Assembly: GCF_009914755.1 (NCBI RefSeq)
Contig: NC_060928.1
DNA from: the human T2T-CHM13v2.0 reference genome, Homo sapiens
Strand: one strand, 5' to 3'
Length of the DNA: 64,000 nt
Numbering within the stretch: position 1 is the stretch's first letter; each line of letters begins with the position of its first letter. The translations under genes were made by a program, and so were the position numbers. The notes under the pieces were generated by a model. It searched no databases. It was given only the letters and a program-made list of their open reading frames with translations, and had not been told where the DNA came from. Positions 1-14,180 of the stretch are shown one piece after another.

Positions 1-300
1 CATCCAGCTTACATGTGCCCAAGGCCAGAGACAAAAGTAGAACAATGATGGCACCCAGTATTCAGTGTCAATGAGAGCAATATCCCTATAAATGGATGGT
101 CCCAAAGTGAAATTTTGTGCTGCTATCTTGACCACTTTCTGAGCTTCATTTCCAGTATTTTTTAATTAAATTATTTATATGCTTCAATCTAACAGAGTCA
201 TTTTCATGGCTTACAACTAAGAAACCTGAGTATTACAACATTCAGATATTAATAACCAAGTGTGACTCTAGCAAGGAGGTGACACAATAAAATCTATGAA

Positions 301-428
301 AGATGACAGATAATAAATAGGTAGCAAGGTAGGTAGGTAGGTAGATGGATGGGTGAATAGATAGATGATAGATAAATAGATGATAGATAGATGATAGATG
401 ATAGAAAGATAGATAGATGATAGATAGA
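301..428. repeat. Compound (TAGG)n/(TAGA)n tetranucleotide microsatellite
   Basis: Interrupted runs of aggt/taga/gata units visible directly. Confidence 0.95.
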
Positions 429-434
429 AATAAT

Positions 435-1160
435 AGTTGACGTTTATTACATAATTACTATATGCCAGGAACTTCCTAATCACTTCAAATATATTATTCC
501 AATTTAAACCTTACATTTGTGTTGAGCACCTTCATTTTCCTGTTTTTCAGATGAGCAAACTGAGGTTAAGAGAGGATAAACAAACTGCTCAAGACCACAG
601 AGCCAGTATGGTAGATTATTGTTCCTCAAATATTCACCCTTTTTTCTCCAACCCACCATTCCCTTGGAAGATTGTCCCCCCCTGTTTCACTGATGTTGAA
701 CTTGGTCTTGATAGTTGATTTGGTCTCATAGAGAGTTGAGTGTACATCTCCTTATTTTAGGACTTGGTTGTGTGACTTGCCTCAGTTAATGGTGAGTTAG
801 TGTGTGTGACATAAGCAAAGTGTGAAGAAGCTTGCATGTGGTTGCACTTTCACTCTTGCACTTCTATCTTCGCTATTAAAAGAACATGACCCAAGCAGCC
901 TGCCAGTCTCAGAAGGATGAAAGGCAAATGCAGTACATCTGAACTGAACCAACGGCCTGATGCCAAGTACAGGTGAGCACAGCCTTGATCAGCTAAACCT
1001 TAGCTGTCTCACAGATATCTGAGTAGGCAAAAGATTCTACTTTTTGCGTGCCTCTGAGTTTGGGAGTGATTTGTTACTCAGCATTGTTGTGGCAATAGCT
1101 AACTGATGCAGCTAGTAAACCATGCAACAAGGATGAAAACCCAGACACTTTGACTCTTCA
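435..1160 (-). mobile_element. MIR SINE split by an MLT1 LTR (pieces ~435-606 and ~1111-1160)
   Basis: MIR core 'cagatgagcaaactgaggttaagagagg...caagaccacagagccag' resumes after the LTR as 'gctagtaaac...aaacccagacactttgactc'. Confidence 0.75.
607..1110 (+). mobile_element. MLT1-family (MaLR) solo LTR, H/I-like
   Basis: Typical MLT1 3' end 'tttgttactcagcattgttgtggcaatagctaactgatgca'; 5-bp TSD gccag (602-606) / gctag (1111-1115). Confidence 0.8.
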
Positions 1161-3124
1161 ATCTCCTTCCTAATTACTTTGCTGTAATTACGTTCCCTGC
1201 TAGGTCTGACAATTTACACCAAATAAACACAAAGTATTAGTGCACCCCAATCTCTGACACCTCTGCAGGTATGAGAAAATTTATCTGCTAGAAATGTCTA
1301 GGATGGCATCTCCATCTTTCTCTGACCACAGCCATATTTCAGTACATTAGCCTTGCTCTGTATGGTTTGCCTCTGTGCTTTGTCTCACGTTGTTATCCAG
1401 AAGGCAATGTTTCCTGGTGTCAGTGCTGATGTACATAGTACAAAGATTCTCAGACTCTTGGACAGCAATATCTTGAAGTTCTGTCTTTAACTCATGAAGC
1501 CCAGCAACAAAATCTTAATTTCCTTTCTTGTTTCTCCTGTTTCTGTCCTAAATTCCCATTTCACAAAGCTAAGAGAAATGAGAAGTACATGGGGTGAGAG
1601 TATTTTATAAATAACTTGTGGTGGCTCCTAAATATCTCTGATGCCCAATTATTCTTCTAGTGATTGAGGGGTTTTTTTCTCCTTTGGTTTAGAAAGCACA
1701 TCTTTGACAAACACTCTCTAAAAATGGTTTTTCCCATTACTCCAAAACACTTCCCATTATAACTGTTTCTTGCCTGTTCCTTAGATGTTATTATATGGCC
1801 AAAGCACTGCCTTCTCCTACCTGGTCTTAGGTACATCTCTATCATGCCACGTAACCACTGCCCAAAGATTTACACCAGTACATATACCTCACATCTCCTT
1901 ACATTCTACTGACATTGTGTAACCAAGGACAAGATGATCAGGTGAAGGCAGCTGGCCTCGCCTTGTAGTTGTCTGGAGTGAGAGATGCAAGACACAGGTG
2001 ATGATGTTTGAACATCAATGCTGATAACCACCATCCATTTAATAGCCTGTCATTCATGTATTTGTAGAAGAAAGGAAAAAAAAATCTATAACTGGTTTGC
2101 CTCATATAAGGAGGAGCTTGAAAGTATGATGTTAGTTATGCCTAAAGAAGGAAGGAGTTTTGAACTCCTGAGAGTGGCACTTGGGTATGGTAAGAACTGG
2201 ATCCTTCATGCTTCTACTCTTCAGGTAATCCAAGTGATTTATTGCCCAAAAGGATATGGTGTGCTGAGCTACATGAGGTACAAGTAGATCCTGCTCCTTT
2301 TAGCTAAAGAGGAACAAGCTGGAACTGAGTCTTTCCTGTTCTTGCCACTTACAGAAAGTCTTTTCTCAGAGAGCTTCCTGATCTGTGTCTTGACAGCATG
2401 ACTTTGCCCTATAGATCCTAAGGGTATGAGAGCTAGGAAACAACAAACCAGATAGAATCACCCATGTGGATCTGTGATATCGAACCCAGGCTGGTCCCAG
2501 ACAGAAGAGAAAATTGCCCAACAAAATCCTGATCTAACTCAGGATTTACAAAGTACAGAGGATGGGGACCTTGGATCCAGGAAACAAAGTTAAAAACCAC
2601 CCAGGGACAGGACCTCCATCTCCTGCTATGGGTAAAACTTCATTGAGACAGTCATTTGTGTAAGTAAATGCACTTTACAGAGCCACACACAAGGTTCTAG
2701 ATTTCTTGTACTACTGAAATTATTTTAAAGACTAGGCAGGATCTCTGAAAACACCTAGTAAGAAGGAAAGAGGTGAATATACTCAATAGTGTTAATGTGA
2801 AAATAATCTACGGCTCAGAGATGCATAAAGTGTTTACAAACAACATCCTCTTCCCACGTACAAAAAAATGGATTAAAAGCGTCCCTTTACTCTTTCTATC
2901 CTCAAATCCCTAGAGACATCATATGTAAGATTCTATTTACCTCACAGAGCATCAAAATCAAATGATTAGGGGAAGACAACTGAACTTGTCTGGTTGCCAC
3001 CTGCAGTGAAATAAATGATGAAAGTCTCTGAGTAATTCCCAGAACTCAAGAATCTCAGTAGTTTCGGGTTTTGTTTTTCCTTCTAATCAGGATTCACACA
3101 TTCTTAATGAGAAAAGAATTAAAG

Positions 3125-3230
3125 GTAGAAAATCTGGGTTCCAGTCCCAGATGTCACTAACTATACAACTTTGGTCAAGTCTCTTTACCTTTCTACTTCT
3201 CAGCTACTCTATCTTTAATGAGAATAATAC
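3125..3230 (+). mobile_element. MIR fragment
   Basis: 'ctgggttccagtcccagatgtcactaactatacaactttggtcaagtctctttacctttct' resembles the MIR core. Confidence 0.55.
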
Positions 3231-5924
3231 CCTTTGTTCCTTCTACCCAAAAGGACATCCACTGACTGGCACCTCTGTACCATTTTCAACTTTACAAGGT
3301 ACTTTCAACACAGCCCCTTACTTGCTCCTTATATAGACTCTCTGGGAGAAGTTGGTTAATGGTAAGTCTTCACACCCCAACTTCCCACTGCATGAATCCA
3401 AAAACTAAGAAGCTGGGAAATGAAGGGATTTCCCAAGCAGTGAGTTGGGATTCATATCTCATATTCAAATTCTAAATCCATTGTATTTTTTTCCCTTTAC
3501 ACCACAAAAGCATTTGTAAAATGTAAATGTATTTCAACATTGCAATCTGGCTTCTGAAAAGGAAACATTGGTAGAGGTATTATAATTATCCCAAACTCCA
3601 TTTTCCTGTTTGCTATGTCAAGAAGGAAAACAGGTTTCATTTTAAGTCCATGAATAGCCCCAGAGCAGCAAAACAAAAAGAGGCTGCACGGCCCAACATA
3701 GCAAGGATACCACTGGAGGAGAAACAGCAGCAGAGCACTGCTCCAAACAGTGGGTAAAGGTCAGTGAGAAGGTTCCAGAACGCATGCTTCACCTGAACAT
3801 CTGCACCCTCACTCCTAAATGGCAAAGCACCCACAGTGTCAGGAAGAAAATCATTAGACCAAAGAGATGAGTCCAGCTAGTGCTGAGGGCACACATCATC
3901 TTAAAGAAAAGAAACTGCCAGGTTATGGGGACTGAGGCAAATTCTAGAATCGAGGACTTTAAAGGCCAAGTCAGACTGTGTGATGGTCAATGGGAAATCC
4001 TTTGGATCAACCCCATCTTGCTGATAAAGTTGATGATGAATTCCATGATGTCACATAATAGGGGCAAGTAGTAGGAGTAAGGAGTTTTTGGAGAATGGAG
4101 AAACTTTAGCCAAAGATTAGCTAGAAAAGGGAAGATACAGATCCACCTGATCCTCTCATTATCCCGCAGAGAGTTGGGCCAGGACCAGGACACGGCTGTG
4201 CATGCAGTGTGAGTCTCCATTCCATGGAAGTGACCATTCGTCACTCCTTACTCCCTACTGTATGGGCAAGTGTAAGAAAGCAATCCTGTCTGTGGAAAAT
4301 GTACAGGCTGCTTGGCATCCAACAGTCTGGATATGAGTACCAGCCCTTTATAGGCACTCTCTGCACCTGGAGTCTCTAGCACCATGAGAAGTATAGTTCC
4401 CCTAATGGAGAGGAGGAGGCCCTGTTTCAGGGAAAGCCAAACTTGGATGCAATTTCTTCCACTGTGGAAAACACTATGGAAGGAGAAGCTGGCCCCACTG
4501 TCTCTTTGTCCAAACATTCCAGAGTAAGGACCCAGGGTCACTTTCCAACAATTCAGCTTCTCTGAAACCACACTGTTTCACCAGCCTAGTGTCTCTGCAG
4601 CGTGTTAGAGAAAAAAAGTATCTAGGCAAAGATAACCCTGCAAAGCTGAGGAAACCTCCTCAATACAGATTATTAATTAAAATAAAACCTGAACCTGAGT
4701 TGTCTTTTATTAAATACATTGATTGAAATGTCATTAATAGTGATTTTTGTTTTGTTTTTTTTCCTCGCTGCTTAAAAAAATAATTCCAAGGCTGCATTCC
4801 ATAAAGGCATTTCATTAACCAGTCAAATTTAAGTGACCTAATTGATGTAGTTAGAGCATTAACTTTGCTGATAAAAAAATAAAATGACTCAGGGCAAACA
4901 CACTGTCATATTGTTATTATTTAACACAGACTGCAAAGCCCTAGCACAGGAGTTGCTGCCTAGCACACAGTTAGACACGGTCCGTGTCCCAGGGGCATGC
5001 AATCCCAGCAAGGTTATTTTATGGTATTCATTGTAATTTGATGAACTTCATTTATCTAGACAGCCACTTATTTAGGATGAATTGGAACCTACTGAATCAT
5101 CTTAATTCAGAGGCTTCTACTGCACCATGGGTCTGCAGCAGCTATTAAACTTGGGAAGATTTGGCGGCCATGACACAATGAATGTATTATTCCTGCAGAA
5201 TGATCTGGGTATGATGAATCATCAGCTTTATGGACAGGTGTTGGGTGATACCTGCTATCAGCTTCCTTCCCCTTTAGGTTTTTAAGTATGATATCAGTAC
5301 TGCAGTCACTGTTACTCATCTTCCCCAATAAAGAAGTTATCTGTCACAGATGATGCTATTTCCCCAATAGCACAATCATTCAATTCTTGGGGGAAAAAAA
5401 AACACACAGCCTGAAACCCTGGTACAAGATGAGGGTTCCCCTAAGCACTCAGTTCTCGAAGCGATGAGTTAATGAGGAGAGAAGAGTTCTTTCTGCAATG
5501 GATACAGCCACTTTATGGCATTCTATTACTAATTGAGAGTAGGAATTCCCATAAACTATACATAGAGGATTTATCTGGGTTATTTACAAGGCCAAGGGAG
5601 GAAACTTGCAAATAGAAAGACTTGCATATAGAATGAATCCAATTGCTGAACAACTGTAAATTCTATTTATGGACAAAAGGGCTTTTTCAAAGACAGGTGA
5701 TATGTAAGATTTGAATAAAATCTTAAGGTTATAACTCCCAAAATTCTTGACTGCTCTCTAAATTCAGGACCACAGACTCTTGCAACGTGTAGACCAAGTC
5801 TATATTTATATTGTCTTTGATGATGAAGCGTAGGGCTTGGAAATTAAAATGAAACAGTTTGGTCTTATTCCAGAAAGTCACAGCAACTTCCAATTTCTCA
5901 GACTTGAATAAACACTAAAGGCAT

Positions 5925-6327
5925 TTTATCAGTCAGGGTTCTCCAGAGAAACAAAACAAATAGGATACATACATATGTATCTACATACATAGATATTTGA
6001 TTTATTTTTAAGCAATTGGCTATGCGTGATTGGGTGGGCTGGCATGTCTGGAATCTGTAGAGCAGCTTGGCAGGCAAGAAACTCAGACAAGATTTTCTGT
6101 TACCTTTTCGAAGCAGAATTCTTTGTCTCTGGGAAACTTGCTTTTGTTCTTCTGGCCTTCAACGGATTGGATGAGGTCCACGCACATTACTGCTGTTCTC
6201 TTTTAAAGTCAACTCTAGGTGTTTATCTCATCGGCAAAATACCTTCACAGTCATCTTGATGAGTGTTTGACCAGACAATTGGGCACCATAACCTAGCCAA
6301 GTCGACACGTAAAATTTAACCATCGCA
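5925..6327 (-). mobile_element. MLT2 (ERVL) solo LTR, MLT2D-like
   Basis: Starts 'tttatcagtcagggttctccagagaaac', ends 'gggcaccataacctagccaagtcgacacgtaaaatttaaccatcgca' (reverse of the MLT2 5' end); TSD ggcat/ggtat. Confidence 0.85.
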
Positions 6328-6596
6328 GGTATCACCTCTGTTTGTCAATGTTTATGCTATGAATGTCATCAAACACTATTTCTTAAATTGGCACATACAA
6401 AACCAGTAGGATTTGCGTTCCATAAAACAGAATCATCCAACTTTTTTTTAATTTTTTTATTTTATTTTATTTTTATTTTTATTTTTTTGCTGTTATAGCT
6501 CAAACTGAAAGTTCTTTGGAGTTTGAATATGCTAGGCCTTTTTTGTGCCAATGTCAATTATTTTGTTGAAAAATAGTTCTTATGTTTCTGTAAACT

Positions 6597-6890
6597 CAGT
6601 ATTTGCAAATTATGGCCCACAGCTAACTGACCTATCACCTGTTTTTGCATGGCCCATGAACAAAGTGTGATTTTTACATTTTTAAATGCTTACATTATAA
6701 ATGGAGATGCAAGGAATTGTACATTCGAAAATGGTTAAAATGGTAAACACCTTGTTATATGTAATTACAACACACACGCACACAAAAGTTATGTAATTAT
6801 CTACATAATATTATCCTGCATTTTGCCACTTGGCCCTCAAATGCTAAATATTTACTCTCTGGCCCTCTAAGAAATGTTTGCCAATGCTTG
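6597..6890. mobile_element. MER58-type hAT-Charlie DNA transposon with a short L1M 3' fragment inside (~6715-6770)
   Basis: 'gcaaattatggcccacag...cctgtttttgcatggcccatga' and 'aaatatttactctctggccctctaagaaatgtttgccaatgcttg' match MER58 termini. Confidence 0.7.
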
Positions 6891-6997
6891 TTATAAATCA
6901 AATATTTTCTTGTAGGAGAAGTCCTAAGCACCCCATCTAGCTATATGGAGCATTATTGTATTGTAAAGGGTTCCTTTAATTCCTTTCTCTCTCTCTC

Positions 6998-7312
6998 TTT
7001 TTTTTTTTTTTTTCTTTGTTTTGTTTTTGAAACAGTGTCTCATACTGTCACCCAGGCTGGAGTGCAGTTAGCGGAATCATGGCTCACTGCAGCCTTGACG
7101 GCCTGGCCTCAAGCGATCCTCCCATCTCAGCCTCCCAAGTAGCTGGGACTGCAGGTGCATGACACCACACCCAGCTAACATTTTTTATTATTTGTAGAGA
7201 CAGGGTTTTGCCACATTGCCCAGGCTTGTCTCAAACTCCTGGGCTCAAGCTATCCTCCCACCTCAGCCTCCCAAAGTGCTGGGATTACAGGCAGGAGCCA
7301 CTGTGTCTGGCC
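6998..7312 (-). mobile_element. AluJ
   Basis: Full dimer with J-type 'cactgcagccttgac' and 'ctcctgggctcaag'; TSD TAATTCCTTTCT on both sides. Confidence 0.95.
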
Positions 7313-7489
7313 CTAATTCCTTTCTTAATAACATAATTCCTCAGTAAGCACTATAAATACAACCTTTAAAACTTAAACTCTTATCTTGATTAACTAAACT
7401 TTAAGGAAATGAGCTTTAGTATTTAGTGAAAGAATCTTCATTTAAAGCTAATAAAATCAATCTGGCAGCGGATTTGCAGGGCCTGCCTG

Positions 7490-8230
7490 ATTTGGCTTTG
7501 CCCTTTTCTCCACCTCACCTCCCATGCCTGTCCCCTTCCTTCATTCCACTCCAGCCATCCTGACCTCCTTTTTTATTTTTATTTATTTATTTATTTGAGA
7601 TGGAGTCTCACTCAGTCACCCAGGCTGGAGTGCAGTGGTGCGATCATGGCTCACTGTAACCTCTGCCTCCCGGGTTCAAGCAGTTCTCTTCCTTCCACCT
7701 CTTGAGTAGCTGGGATTACAGGTGTGCACCACCACGCCTTGCTAATCTTTGTATTTTTAGTAGAGACGGGGTTTTGCCATGTTGGCCAGGCTGGTCTTGA
7801 ACTCCTGACCTCAGGTGATCCACCTGCCTCAGCCTCCCAAAGTCCTAGCCTTCTTTTTATTCCTGGAATACTTCTACCTTGTTCCTACCTGAAGCCTTTG
7901 CACTTGCTATTCCCTCTGCCTGGAACACAATCCCCACAGAACATCCCAAGGCTGGCTGCTTCTTATCATGCAGATGTAAACTCTGATGTGACCGACTGAG
8001 ACAGGCTGTCCCTGACCATGCTCCTAACCCACACTCTCCATTCTTCTCTCTATCTTACTACTCTATTCTATTTTTTATATAATGCTGTCCGGAATAATCT
8101 ATAGATTGGTATATTTCTCACCAGTAAAATGACAACTCTGAGAGAGCAAGAGCTGTCTGTCTTGCTCATGGCTGTAGCCCAGTATCTAGAACATCCCAGG
8201 GTCCACAGAAGGTGTTTCTTCTGTATTTGT
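7490..8230 (+). mobile_element. L2 3' fragment interrupted by an AluS
   Basis: 'gcctttgcacttgctattccctctgcctggaac' and 'tcttgctcatggctgtagcccagtatctagaaca' match the L2 3' end. Confidence 0.75.
7569..7842 (-). mobile_element. AluSx-like element, slightly 5'-truncated
   Basis: Alu dimer with 'gaactcctgacctcaggtgatcc' and a (TTTA)n tail; stops at 'cctcccaaagt'. Confidence 0.93.
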
Positions 8231-8334
8231 GGACTTTGCAAATAGACAGACACAACATGCAATGAGTCATCTTAGTGATTATTCTTCCAATTAAGTCACC
8301 ATTGGAACAACAGTGGCCTGGAAGTTATTTAACC

Positions 8335-8475
8335 TGACTATTCATTCTTTTACCTAAAGTGCTTTCAGCATCCAACCCTGTCTCAGGCCATATACTAGGT
8401 GTGGTGGATACAACAGTTAAGAAAAAAAAAAAAAAATGAGTCCCTGCACTCAGGGATCTCACAAAATAATACATT
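8335..8475 (-). mobile_element. L2 3'-end fragment
   Basis: 'attcattc...ctgtctcaggccatatactaggtgtggtggatacaacag...gtccctgcactcaggg' is the reverse of the L2 tail. Confidence 0.6.
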
Positions 8476-8581
8476 AGCAACAGAGGAATTTGAGGATAAT
8501 GCCATGCTCCAGTGATATTAGAAAACATGTTTTGTATATGTCATTGAGTGTGTCTTTTCTCACCTCAAATACTTCAAACTC

Positions 8582-8878
8582 TTTTTTTTTTTTTTTTTTT
8601 TGAGACAGTCTTGCTCTGTCCCCCAGGCTGGAGTGCAGTGGTGCAATGTCAGCTCACTGCCACCTCCACCTCCCAAGTTCAAGCACTTCTCTGCCTTAGC
8701 CTCTCAAGTAGCTGGGATTACAGGTGCCCACCACCATGCCCGGCTAATTTTTGTATTTTTAGTAGAGATGGAGTTTCACCATCTTGGCCAGGCTGGTCTT
8801 GAACTCCTGACTTCATGATCCACCTGCCTCAGCCTCCCAAAGTGCTGGAATTACAGGCATGAGCCACGGTGCCAGGCC
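8582..8878 (-). mobile_element. AluS (Sg/Sx3-like)
   Basis: Full dimer with T tail; TSD TTCAAACTCTTTT. Confidence 0.95.
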
Positions 8879-9262
8879 TTCAAACTCTTTTAAATCAGTA
8901 TTTTCTAGCTTTAATGCATCTGAGCATTCACATGTGGTTCTTTTAATAGGCAGGGCTTTAATATCACATCAATGTTGACAATAAGAAATTATAAATATTT
9001 AAGCTCAAAATTAAAATAAAGACAAAAAATTATCCTGTGCACTACAAAACACAATATAGAAAGGAATTTATTCCCAACACTCAAAAACATTGATCCTCTG
9101 ACTTTATGCCTACCAGTTTGATGTTACAGATGAAAAATTTCTAAAGAGGTATATGATGCTTTATCAGTTGTTCAGATTTCTAACATTCGTATATTACAGC
9201 TCTTTTTAGTCAGAAAGGGGATATTTAACATGCCTTTATTTACATCTTCCTTTTTATGCTTC

Positions 9263-9436
9263 TTTTTTGTTTTGAGACGGAGTCTTGCTCTGTCGTTCAG
9301 GCTGGAGTGCAGTGGCGCGATCTCGGCTCACTGCAAGCTCCGCCTCCCGGGTTCACGCCATCCTCCTGCCTCAGCTTCCTCCTGCCTCAGCTTCCCAAGT
9401 AGCTGGGACTACAGGCACCTGCCACCGCGCCCGGCT

Positions 9437-9471
<35 letters not shown>

Positions 9472-9596
9472 TATTTTTAGTAGAGACGGGGTTTCACCGT
9501 GTTAGCCAGGATGGTCTCGATCTCCTGACCTCGTGATCTGCCCACCTCGGCCTCCCAAAGTGCTGGGATTACAAGCATGAGCCACCACGCTCGGCC
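9263..9596 (-). mobile_element. AluY with internal 16-bp duplication and expanded middle A-tract
   Basis: Y diagnostics 'gcaagctccgcctcccgggttcacgcca' and 'gtgttagccaggatggtctcgatctc'; TSD TATGCTTCTTTTT. Confidence 0.96.
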
Positions 9597-9652
9597 TATG
9601 CTTCTTTTTAAGAACTTACTTTATAGTTTAACCATGACCTGGTCCCATATAT

Positions 9653-10169
9653 CAGGGATCCCCCACCCCTGGGCCAGGGACTGGACCACAGCTTGATAGG
9701 AACTGGGCCACATGCAAGAGGTGAGTGGCAGGTGAGCAAGTGAAGCTTCCTCTGTATTTACAGTTGCTCCCCATCACTGGCAGTACTGCCTGAGCTCTGC
9801 CTCCTGTCAAATCAGCAGTGGCATTAGACTCTCAGAGAAGCATGAATCCTATTGTGAACTGTGCATGGGAGGGATCTAGGTTGTGTGCTCCTTATGAGAA
9901 TCTAATGCATGATGATCTGTTACTGTCTCCCATCACCCCCATATGAGACTGTCTAGTTGCAGGAAAACAAGTTCAGGGCTCCCACTGACTCTACATTATA
10001 GGGAGTTGTATAATTATTTCATTATATATTACAACATAATAATAATAGAAATAAAGTGCACAATAAGTGTAATGTGCTTGAATCATCCTGAAACCACCCC
10101 TCCAATCTGTGGAAAAATTGTCTTCCACGAAACCTTGGTGCCTGGTGTCAAAAAGTTTGGAGACCACTG
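9653..10169 (+). mobile_element. MER1A (hAT-Charlie) DNA transposon
   Basis: Termini 'cagggatcccccacccc' / 'tttggagaccactg'; MER1 internal 'gggatctaggttgtgtgctccttatgagaatctaatg'; degenerate 8-bp TSD ccatatat/ccatatga. Confidence 0.9.
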
Positions 10170-10565
10170 CCATATGATTTTAAAAACATCAGGTGACCTC
10201 CACAACCCAGGGTCTCTATCTCAAGAAGAAAGATCAACAGCAAAACTTGGCAAGGAGTCCAGTAACATCTCAAAACAGGAATGAAAAAGAGATGCAGAGA
10301 CACTGGATCTACATATTGTAGTTTATGTGTTGTTTTTCTTCATGGAGAATTTTGCATTTTTAACTCAGCACAAGTTTATTAAATAGAAAAAACATCAAGT
10401 CTTACCTGATAAATCTTTCTTCATGTCCCTGCCAATATCTGTATGGTTGTCCCTTGACATTTTTTCTTGGAATGTACCGTTCTAAACACACACACACACA
10501 ATTAAAGGGGAATTGGAGGGCCTCTCTCTTATTTACTTCCTAGTAAATTTAGTAAGAAAATTTGC

Positions 10566-10866
<301 letters not shown>

Positions 10867-11237
10867 GAAAATTTGCATGTAAACCAGGCCTTAACGTAAT
10901 GTTCGTAATGTTGAGAATTTCTTTGTTTGAATTACTTTTTCTGTCATCGAGACTGAAAGTGAGAACTGGACATAGATAACTGTCATGAAACCAACAATCA
11001 GGAGACCTACTACGTCTATGTCACTAAAAATCTTTGATCTTGAATAAGTGGCATTAGTTCCTTGATCCTCAGTTTCCTCATCTATAAAATGAAGACATCT
11101 TATTATATCATTTCCAATCTGCTTACTTCCAATTCTACATTCCACTATAAATTTTTATATGTTTATAGTAAGCACAGTCAGTTTTAAGCAGTAAAACCAA
11201 AAATGAACCAGGACTTTTTTTTGGAATTTCAAGATTG

Positions 11238-11325
11238 AAGCTGTATGCATATGTCAAAACACACACAATTGTACACTATAAATGTATGTTGCTTACGGTA
11301 CATCAATTCTACCTTAAGAAAGCTC
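11238..11325 (+). mobile_element. Old L1M 3'-end fragment
   Basis: 'catatgtcaaaac...aattgtacacta...tacatcaattctacct' resembles the L1MC/ME terminus. Confidence 0.55.
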
Positions 11326-11584
11326 TGAGGTTAAACAAAAAAAGCATGACACTTTAGGTTGTTATCTAAGAAGAATTAACAGCATTTTGGGGAGGAAAAT
11401 AAGAATAACAAATTTTCATATGAGTTTTCTTTTTTAACTGCTGCTTGGACAAGTAAAGAATCAAAATGACCCCTTTAAGTGTACAATCACTCTTATTGCA
11501 CAGCACTAAGTAGCCTTGTCTACACAAATAAATGGCATTGAGAGAAAACCCCTGCTGGCGGAATTGTATTTACCTATTTCATTA

Positions 11585-11795
11585 TTGTTGTTGTTGTTAA
11601 TTTTAATGACAGGATCTTGCTCTGTTGCCCAGGCTGGGAGTGCAGTGGCATGATCATAGCCTGGAGCTACTGGGCTCAAGGGATCCTCCTGCTATAGCCT
11701 CCTGAGTAGCCAGGATTACAGGCATGTACCACCATGCCCAGCTAATTTTTGTAACTTTTTTAGAGACAAGGATTCGCTGTGTTGGCCAGGCTAGC
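11585..11795 (-). mobile_element. AluJ, partial and internally deleted
   Basis: 'gacaggatcttgctctgttgcccaggctg...ctgggctcaagggatcctcc'. Confidence 0.85.
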
Positions 11796-12209
11796 TGTAT
11801 TATTATTTTTTAATAATCTTGAATTCTGCTAGTGGATAGATAGTCATCATTTTCAAAATAGCCAGTGGTTTGATCTGTACCTCCGCATCTCCCTGTGTCC
11901 TTCCCAGCCTGGGTGGAAGCTGAGGCAGAGTCTCTGCTACCAGCTGGTGAGTGGAAGAAGGCAGATCTATTTACCTGCCAAGAAAGGCCTAGAATAAGAA
12001 TGGTATTTAGTTGCGCTGCCTCAAAACGAAAACATGTTACAGTGAAAAAAGTCCAGTCAAACTGAAATACAAAATAAATTTCTCTAAATTCAACCATATT
12101 TTGACAGACAAATTCAATGAAACCAATTAACAGAGGGTCAGGGAGCTTTAGCGATAATGAAGAGAAAGAAAAAAAATACAGGATGGAGAGAAAACAAAAG
12201 AAAAAATAG

Positions 12210-12579
<370 letters not shown>

Positions 12580-13598
12580 AATTTACACTTTATTTTAAAA
12601 ATCCCTTCTAGAATTCCCAAGCAAAATGTATGCCAACATGCCAACTCTGTGACTGCAGACAGGAAAAGAGAGAAATGAATTAACTACGCAGATACTGAAG
12701 AACAGTCTTTACTGATCATCAAGGAAGTTAAAGCAAATTATTTTCCTTTACCTCGAATTATCCAGAAAATCATCTCCATGCTTTACTTCTCATTGTGTTG
12801 TAAACAAAGCTTAAACCAAATGAAAAGTTGGTCGAGTTATTTGTAATTCTTTTATCTGTCTTCATAACGCAAGCCAAAAAAAAAAAAAAAAGCAAAAAAC
12901 AAAAAACCTCTGAATTACAAACTACCCACAAATTTGCAAATGTGTGGACCTTGTATTGGAGAATTTCATGAAATAGAAGAGAAGAGAATGGGGTGTGTCT
13001 ATGAAAAGTAGATAACATAAAAATGCTTTGTGGCATTTCCCTATGTCTTTTCTGAATGGTTGGAGATGTTTTATATAAGGTTCTGCTTCCATTAACACTT
13101 AGGCACTGTTCCCTTCCTCAACACTGAAATGACATTCTAAATAGCATGTCTGTGTATTATAACCAGGTCCCAATTTCTTCTCCCTTTTTGCATCTCATAT
13201 CAACAGCAGGACAGGCAAAAGATTGGCTCGGACAACGACAAAGCAATGGAAAAATGCCTTTAGTTATTATTACCAGAGTAAATGAAGAAACTGCACACCA
13301 GATGGGTGTATATTATCTATCCAACTAAAAAAGTGTCTTGTTAACAGAGATAAATGGTCTGAAATGGCAGAACATTATCTTGCAATTTTAAAAAATAATA
13401 GCAGCAATATTTCAGAGGATAATTCTGCAATTTTTTCAAGGTTTCTGTTAAAAACCACATTTGATATTGATAGATACATGCTTAAAGTGTTCATTGGCAC
13501 ATTCATAAATATGTGAAGTTGAAAGGGATTTTTTTTAAAAATCCCAACTACAATAATCTCTATTGGAAGTGTGAAGACATGATGTGAATGGCCTATAG

Positions 13599-14180
<582 letters not shown>

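Noticed and set aside
2524-2548. 9-bp inverted repeat aaatcctga...tcaggattt
   Set aside because: Short, with no supporting context; compatible with chance in 64 kb.
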